Of a DNA stretch of 64,000 nucleotides, positions 56,900 through 64,000 are shown in pieces. How positions within the stretch are numbered: position 1 is the first letter of the stretch; each line of letters begins with the position of its first letter. This DNA is from the human T2T-CHM13v2.0 reference genome, Homo sapiens: the NCBI RefSeq assembly GCF_009914755.1, contig NC_060930.1, one strand, 5' to 3'. The notes beneath the pieces are model-generated. The model did not search any database and was not told the origin of the DNA. It saw only the letters and a program-made list of their open reading frames with translations. A program made the translations under genes and the position numbers.

Positions 56900-58080
56900 G
56901 CAACGTTCTACCTGATCTGCACTCTGAAGGGCTGAAGAGGCAAACAGGAGGCAGGAAGGGTGCTACAGGCTGAGGGAACTGCATGCACTAAAGCAGAGAG
57001 AAGGGAGAAATGTGACTCCCTGGGAAAATGAGGGGCCTGTGTATGGATGGTAGTGAGGCTGGAAGGTTGGCAGAAGGCAGGTCCTATGAAGGACCCTTTA
57101 CAGCAGCAGATATAAAAATCGAACTTCATCCTACACATGAGAGGTAGCCACTGATGGTTTTCAAGCAGGGGACAACCCAAGGTGATTTCCATTGCACAAA
57201 TCTCATTCTTCTCACAGTGTAGAGAAAGGGCTGGAGACGGGAGGTGAGCTAGGCAGCACAGAGACTTAGGTTACTGCAAGAAGAGATCATCCAGGCCTGG
57301 ACTTAGGTAGTGGCAACAGACCTGGGGTGGTGCTAGGCAATTTTCAAAAGACTTGATGGCACAATTAATTAAGGTGAGGGAATGGCCAAAAGTGGTGCTC
57401 AGGTCTTGTTCAGGAAACAGACACACAAATGTCCAATTTAAATAAAATGTGCTAGGGGTGATGACAGATATTCACAGGGTGTTGTGGATGGCTGGGGGTG
57501 TGAGAGGGGAGAAGGGCGCTGAGAAGGCACAGTCAGAGGGGCCAGAGGAAACCCAGAAGGAGCCCAGCAGCCCAGGCAGGAGACCATTGTAAGGAGTCAG
57601 CTGCACACCTGCAGATGCCCCAGGGAGGACCAGTCAACTCAGGACTGAAATGTGAGCAGCCCGTGACCAGGTTTTTGTTTTGTTTTCTGATGGGTCCCAA
57701 CTGCCTACAACAGCGCTTGGCACATAGTGGGGATTAATAAATATTTATGTAATGAATGTGTGAAGTGTCCATCAGATTTGTAAACCAGAGGTCACTGGTA
57801 AATGCTGCCAAAGCTGGAGGAAAGGAGGGGCAGAGCTGGTGTGTATGGGTGAGCATGGAGTGGGAGTGTGGAGACAGAAGTGTGGACTGCTCGGTCTAGC
57901 AGCTCAACTCTGAAGGAAAGCAAAGAGCTCGGGAGCTAGAGAGGAGTGGACAGTCAGGGAGGTGCGGGAGAAGCTTAGACCACGTGTGGTGACAAGAAGG
58001 ACCATGGAGAGAAATGTGGTTGGACATGCAGAAAAACAAGGGGGCCTAGAGAGGATGATCTCCTGGGAATTACACCAATC
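56900..58080 (-). mobile_element. L2 fragments
   Basis: gggaactgcatgcactaaagcagagag...agccactgatggttttcaagcagggg...; degenerate, boundaries approximate. Confidence 0.5.
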
Positions 58081-60020
58081 CAACGGGTATTTCTTCAGGA
58101 ACTGAGATCCAGTGCTGCAGAGAGGGATGCCCAAGAGGGAGCACTGGGCCTGGGCAGCTTTTGTTAAGACCACGCCCTTTCTCAGTTCCCCAAGACCCCT
58201 GCTGCTTGTGCAGTTCGGACACCTTGTCTTGATACACACACCAGCTATGGAGAAGACGCTCAATAAACACCCCATGAATTAATGTACTTTCAGAGGAGCT
58301 AGAGGGGAGAGAGGCAAAAACAAAATGAACATCCTTCCTCCACTATATTCGCAAAGGGGCTGGGAAATTTTCTGCTATTTAATCAATTCTTTTGAACCGA
58401 TGCTACACTGCCACTCTCAGCAGCTGTGACTTTACTTTCATTCATTTCTCTAGAGGGACAGGCAGGGCCACCTAGATGGATTTACAAGGGATGACTGTTC
58501 TGCACGTTCCCAGGGGGAGAACTGTCAGGGTGCCAAAGGGGTGGAGGGCCACGGGAGGCCTCCGGTCTCCTCTCAGCCTGTCAGCCTTTATTGCGTCGGC
58601 TGGACTGACAGAGTTCAGAATCAGAACCCACAGATATGCAGATAAGCACCTGGCCATGGGCCAGGATCCATATTCACACTCTACAGCCACAGTGACTGCT
58701 GCCATAACCATGGGGCAATTCCAGATCTGACAATGGCCACACAGGGTTTTCTAAACAGATATGTCATGGAAAGCATTAGAAGTATGGTGTGTTTGTGTGC
58801 TTATGTTCATGTGCACAAAGCTGGCTGGTAAGGCACTTTCACACCCTAGTAATATGTCTTTGTTTAGCACTGTCCCTACAAAACAAAATATAAACATTTT
58901 TAAAAATCAATTCTTCAATCACAAAATATTGAGCACATGCTCTGGGCAAGGCACAATGCTACTGGAGATGAAAGCAATTACGAGACCCGCTTCCTTCTCT
59001 CAAAGGCTCAGGACCAGAATCCAGAGTCAGGCTATACATCTATCTACTCCAACTCCATTATCACGAAGACGATAAAACCAACCACTCTTCTTTGAATATT
59101 TACTGCAAGCCAGGCAAGGTAAAGGCATTTTACACAATCACATCAAATAATCCTCAGCAACCCTGCAAGGAGCGACAATGACATCTAACGTGTGAGATCT
59201 TATGAAATGCCAGGCACTGTGCTAAACGCCAAACAGGATTACCTCATCTAACCTCCAACTCTATAAGGAACTGCTACATTACTACTATTCACTGAACTTC
59301 TATCACCTGCCAGGAACTGCTCTGAACACTTACAGAAATGATCTCACTTAATGCTCCCAGAGGCCCTAATGTGCAGAAAAGTGAGGCCCAAAAAGCTTAA
59401 GCAACACGCCCCAAGGCACACAGTTAATAAGCCCCAGAAGCGGGACTAGAATCCAAGATCCATCTGACCGTGACATCTGGACTGTTAATCACCATGCTAC
59501 CTGAACGATGTGCCTAAGATCTAATGATCAAAATGAGACCTTGATGCATAAAGGGTTCATTTTAAGACAAGAGATGTCATAGATCAGGACAGCGTTAGGC
59601 AAAGGGCAAGTGGAAGCTCCTTTGCTTTCTCCGGGGCAAAGACCATGTCTTTATTTATCTCCATACCCACAGTGTTCTTGGCACAAAGGAGAGACCCAAA
59701 AAACATCTGTTAGTGCCCTGGGTTTGGAGATTTCTGGACCTTCTCTGAGAAGATTTCTGCGAGGCGGTGATTTGAGCCAGAAAGATGTACAGAAAGTGGA
59801 TAAAAGGGGGCAGGTGAGGGTTAGAACAGAATCATGATGGCACTGAGAAAGGACTGGAGAAGGCCTAGAGATACAATGGTTTAGCTTAGGATAGTCATAA
59901 CGGCTTTACGGGGACTGTCCACCGTGTGGTCCAACTTCAGATCTCAGCTGTGCCCATTTGTTTCAAATGAACTAGTCTAAAATGGAAGAAACGATATCTG
60001 GCCCTCAGACCCCTTAAAGC

Positions 60021-60085
60021 TTTCCTTCCCTTCCTTCCCTCCTTCCCTCCCTTCCCTCCTTCCCTCCCTCCCTCCCTTCCTTCCA
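60021..60085. repeat. (CCTT/CCCT)n polypyrimidine simple repeat
   Basis: Direct inspection. Confidence 0.93.
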
Positions 60086-60849
60086 AAAGCTGCCCAAAAT
60101 CAACTGTCTGTCTCCTGAGTTCATCAGTGGGGATACCATCTATTCCAGCATGGTGCGCATTTCAAAGCTTTGCTTCCCACAATGATTCAAGCCAAGATAA
60201 AGAAATGATTGTCTCCCTCAAAGTATAAAGGAGGCAACATCGTAACATAAAATTTGAAAGTCTCTTCAGCCACAAAACTCTAAAAAACCATCTCATATTT
60301 CATAATTAAACAATTAAATTTCATCAGTTACCTAACAAATACGGGAGTCCAAGCTCCTGCATGTGAAACAGTCAAGAAAGCCATTTCCTGTTGGATACAG
60401 ATACTCAAAGACTAGTAGTAATTAGACACGGTGATTAGAATTCCATTTATGCTGCACCAGAAACTCCTCTTGGTCCCTGAGGGCTAGGGTGCAAATCACT
60501 GGGGCAAGAGAAGGAAATGGGTTTAAGTGGTGCTTGAGTATTATCTGAACCAGCCAAAAGATGGAAGTGGAAGCATTTAATGCGCCATCACTTTAAGAAG
60601 CAATGGTGATTCTAAATCTCACCAGAAATCAGGGCAAGAGTAGCTTAAAGTTAGATGTGTTGCACTATTTGGCTTATTACAATCAGGAAACGTCTGTCCA
60701 AAAGTCCTATTCTCAGAGATGGTAGTATTTCAGGGACATCAGTTTAGCTTTGCCACCCTTTGATTGCCTGTTGTCATATATGAGGTAGGAGTCAAACAGA
60801 AGGCAGAATAGCATCTGTAAGTTCTACTGGGCTGCACAATGCTCCATCC

Positions 60850-61255
60850 TACCCTGTGTCCCAGAACAGACAGCTTCACCTTTATGGAGTACTTCAGTGG
60901 GCTTCCGATGGAATCTGCAGAACATGAGAGAGCATGAAAGGGGTATTCATCACCTGGCTCCTTTCCTGCTGGACAGTTCTGGCAGTCACTGCAACCCTCC
61001 ACCAAAACTCCAGCCCCTCCCCTTCAACCACAGCTCTCAATGGTATTTCCTCTCTCCCTTCCTTCTTAGTTCTAGATCCATGCTATCCTCAGCCCCTTCA
61101 AGCTTAGGGATAGCTCCCCACGTTCGCAAGCCTTAGAATGCTTTACTGTTCCTTATCTGTTTCCCCTGAGCCAGTCCACGCCCTTGTTAATAGTGCCTAC
61201 ATAACCATTCCTCAATTACCCCACCTGTTTCCTGTTGGGACTCTGACTGATGGAG
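60850..61255 (+). mobile_element. Old ERVL LTR (LTR33-like)
   Basis: ggggtattcatcacctggctcctttcctgc...ccacgcccttgttaatagt...tgtttcctgttgggactctgactga. Confidence 0.5.
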
Positions 61256-61303
61256 ATATGCTACTCAAATAAAAGAATACTAACACCATATGATAATAAT
61301 TAA

Positions 61304-61660
<357 letters not shown>

Positions 61661-64000
61661 TAAACCAGCAAAATTATCCTCCACACACATCCTGGTACTA
61701 CCCCTCATGAAACGCATGGGAGGCAGACAAATCGCCACTCTTTATGGGCCATCTAATTTCCAAAGGACCAACAGTGTTGATAACCCGCTTCAGAAATGGT
61801 TTTCTTTAGGCATGACACCCTGGGACTGGCTTCTCACAAACTCAGATCAAGATAAACCACTGTGGTGGACGAACAGTTTCCTGCCTGAGTTTTTCAAGGG
61901 GGCCTTTACTGAGGCAGGAGGAGGTGAATATAGGATTTTGAGGACACCACTGGCCTCAGGCTGCAGTGACAAATATGAGTCCTGGCTTCATGAACACTCG
62001 ATCACATAGCTTTATTATTTTGGAAAAACATATCCGTTATGAATGGGGACTGGCTCTACACTAACCAATAATGTCTCCTAATTAATATCTGATCTGTTTC
62101 AGCCCGGAAGGCAAAGGATCTTTTACCTTTATGTGCTCAGAGTGCCACACAGGGTTGCTTGGATGTAGGGATTACGCTGCTAGTCCCTAGCCATTTACCT
62201 CCCTTTCACAAAGGGATTCTTTCTAACGTTTTCAGGATAGAGCAGCAACTGGAGTGAGGGTGGGCATGCAGGGGAGGGTGAATGAGGGAGGAGAGAAAGT
62301 CTGCAAACAAACGGGCCACTTATCTCCAGGAGTCTTTCTACCTTTTCCTACAGCTGAGTAGCTTGGGGGCAGGTTGTCTGCCAAGCTTCCCTGGCCCGTG
62401 TAAACACTCTGGCACCAGCTGGGGTTTGGAATCTGCTGAGTCTCTGCCAGCTGGCAACCTGGAGATGGGTCAGATTAAAGGAATGCATAATGAAGAAGTG
62501 GGTGGGAGACAGAGGCTGTATTTACACAGAGGGGGTCTGCAGGGGTCAGTACGGCGCTAGCCAAAGGGGCCTCTGGAAGTGGAAAAATAGGAAGGGAAGA
62601 GGAAGGGGTTTCAATGTGCCCAAGCACCATGCCCCACCCAACTGGCCCAAGACTGTTATGTTCATTTATTTTTTTCCTTTTAAAAACTGACTTCTTTGTC
62701 CCCTTCTCAGTCCCCCACAGCATCTCCCAAGCCAATTACACACAGCCCTTTGAAAGGTTTGCAGCTGGCCGCTCGAGAAGGCTCAGCGTGATCAGACAAC
62801 ACGGACACTTGATCTTCTGAGATCCCAATTTGGGAACGTTAACACGGAAACCCTAGCCACGTGCTGACAAGCAGGCCCTGGGCCACATTCTGCCCCAGAC
62901 TGAGCCCTGGCAAGAGGAGAGGGCACAGATAGCCAGCAGTCTCAGGCAGCCATCCTGGCTTCCAGCCTTAAAGAGAGCGAGATTCCAGGCTCCTCCCCCA
63001 TGCAAAGCCCAGGGGGCACGGATGCAGAGAGGACAGCCCTGGGACAGGACCAACAGGCTCCCCAGCCCTTTCACTACCCCGAGGAGGCAACGAAGACAAG
63101 AACAGACTGAAATCTGTTGGGTACTTGGTGGCCACACCTGCTAGGAAGGCCACCTGCAGCTCTACTGAAGCCCATGCAAATAGGTAAAGCTCAAATGGCT
63201 GTACATATATTACTAAGAGGAAGCAGAAGGGAGAAAAGTGCAGTGAGGAGGCAAGAGACCTGTTCCCTGACAGCTCAGCCACAAACCCGACGGGCTGCTT
63301 CCAGCTGCTCCCATCCACCTCACTGGGCCTCAGAGTTCTCATGTTTTAAGGGTGTTCTCTGAAGTCCCTTTGTATCCACGGATTCTTCCCCATGCTTCTG
63401 TGACACGGCTTCACTTCCAGGCTCCCAGTGCAAGCCTCAGCTCTTCTTGCTTTCTTGGAAATCTCTGCTGTAGCAGCCACTTCTATTCCGGCGACACTCA
63501 GATCTACTTTTCCTGCTGAAATCTTTCTCCCCAGGGTGGGAGGTGGGAGGCTGCATCTTTACCTACATAGTGCATGATTAACTCCCGTTCAACATGCCAA
63601 ACCTGGTGCCCAGGAGAAAGCTCTATACTTGCCTATGTCCCAGGCTGCAGTCAAAGACTCCCCACCTTTCCTTATAGCCCCTTGTTGGCTTTTTCCTTTA
63701 CTATTTTATTAAATCCATCATTTCTACTCCCAATGCTGCTAAGAGCTTCATATTCTCATTTGCCACCAGCCTGTAGGAGAGACTTCTAACTGGATCCTCA
63801 GCCTCAAGACTCAAAACCCCTTCCTCCCCTCCCACTATCCATAGCTAGAATAGCCAGGCATATACACACAAACATACACGCACACACCACAGCCCCTCCA
63901 TTGCCTTCTGCTGCTTAAAGGATAATGTCTAACTCTTTAATCTGGCATTCCTAATCCTCCCTGCCTCTCCACATTTGATTATCACAACTTTCCAAACTAA

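Overview
Human (primate) genomic DNA from the EFHC1/TRAM2 locus, identified by recognising the protein sequences (chr6p12 from recall). The + strand holds the last two coding exons of EFHC1 (936-1146, 3062-3133) and a repeat-rich 3' UTR with several AATAAA signals out to ~8.0 kb. The - strand holds TRAM2 exons 2-11 (46642 down to the stop at 14005). All ten exons have canonical GT-AG junctions and consistent phases, totalling 993 nt = 330 codons + stop. Exon 1 lies beyond the right edge, and the ~5.8 kb 3' UTR ends near 8.2 kb, so the two genes converge tail-to-tail with distal poly(A) signals ~250 nt apart. The rest is intronic and dominated by Alu, L1, L2, MIR, LTR and DNA-transposon relics. 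I found no convincing new gene or system. The best leads are testable RNA-processing hypotheses: convergent 3' ends and APA, inverted Alu pairs, cryptic EFHC1 terminal exons, an exonisation-prone Alu next to TRAM2 exon 2, a 3' UTR dORF, a solo ERV LTR with TSD, and AP-1 motif clusters. Repeat subfamily names come from memory of consensus sequences and need RepeatMasker/Dfam confirmation.
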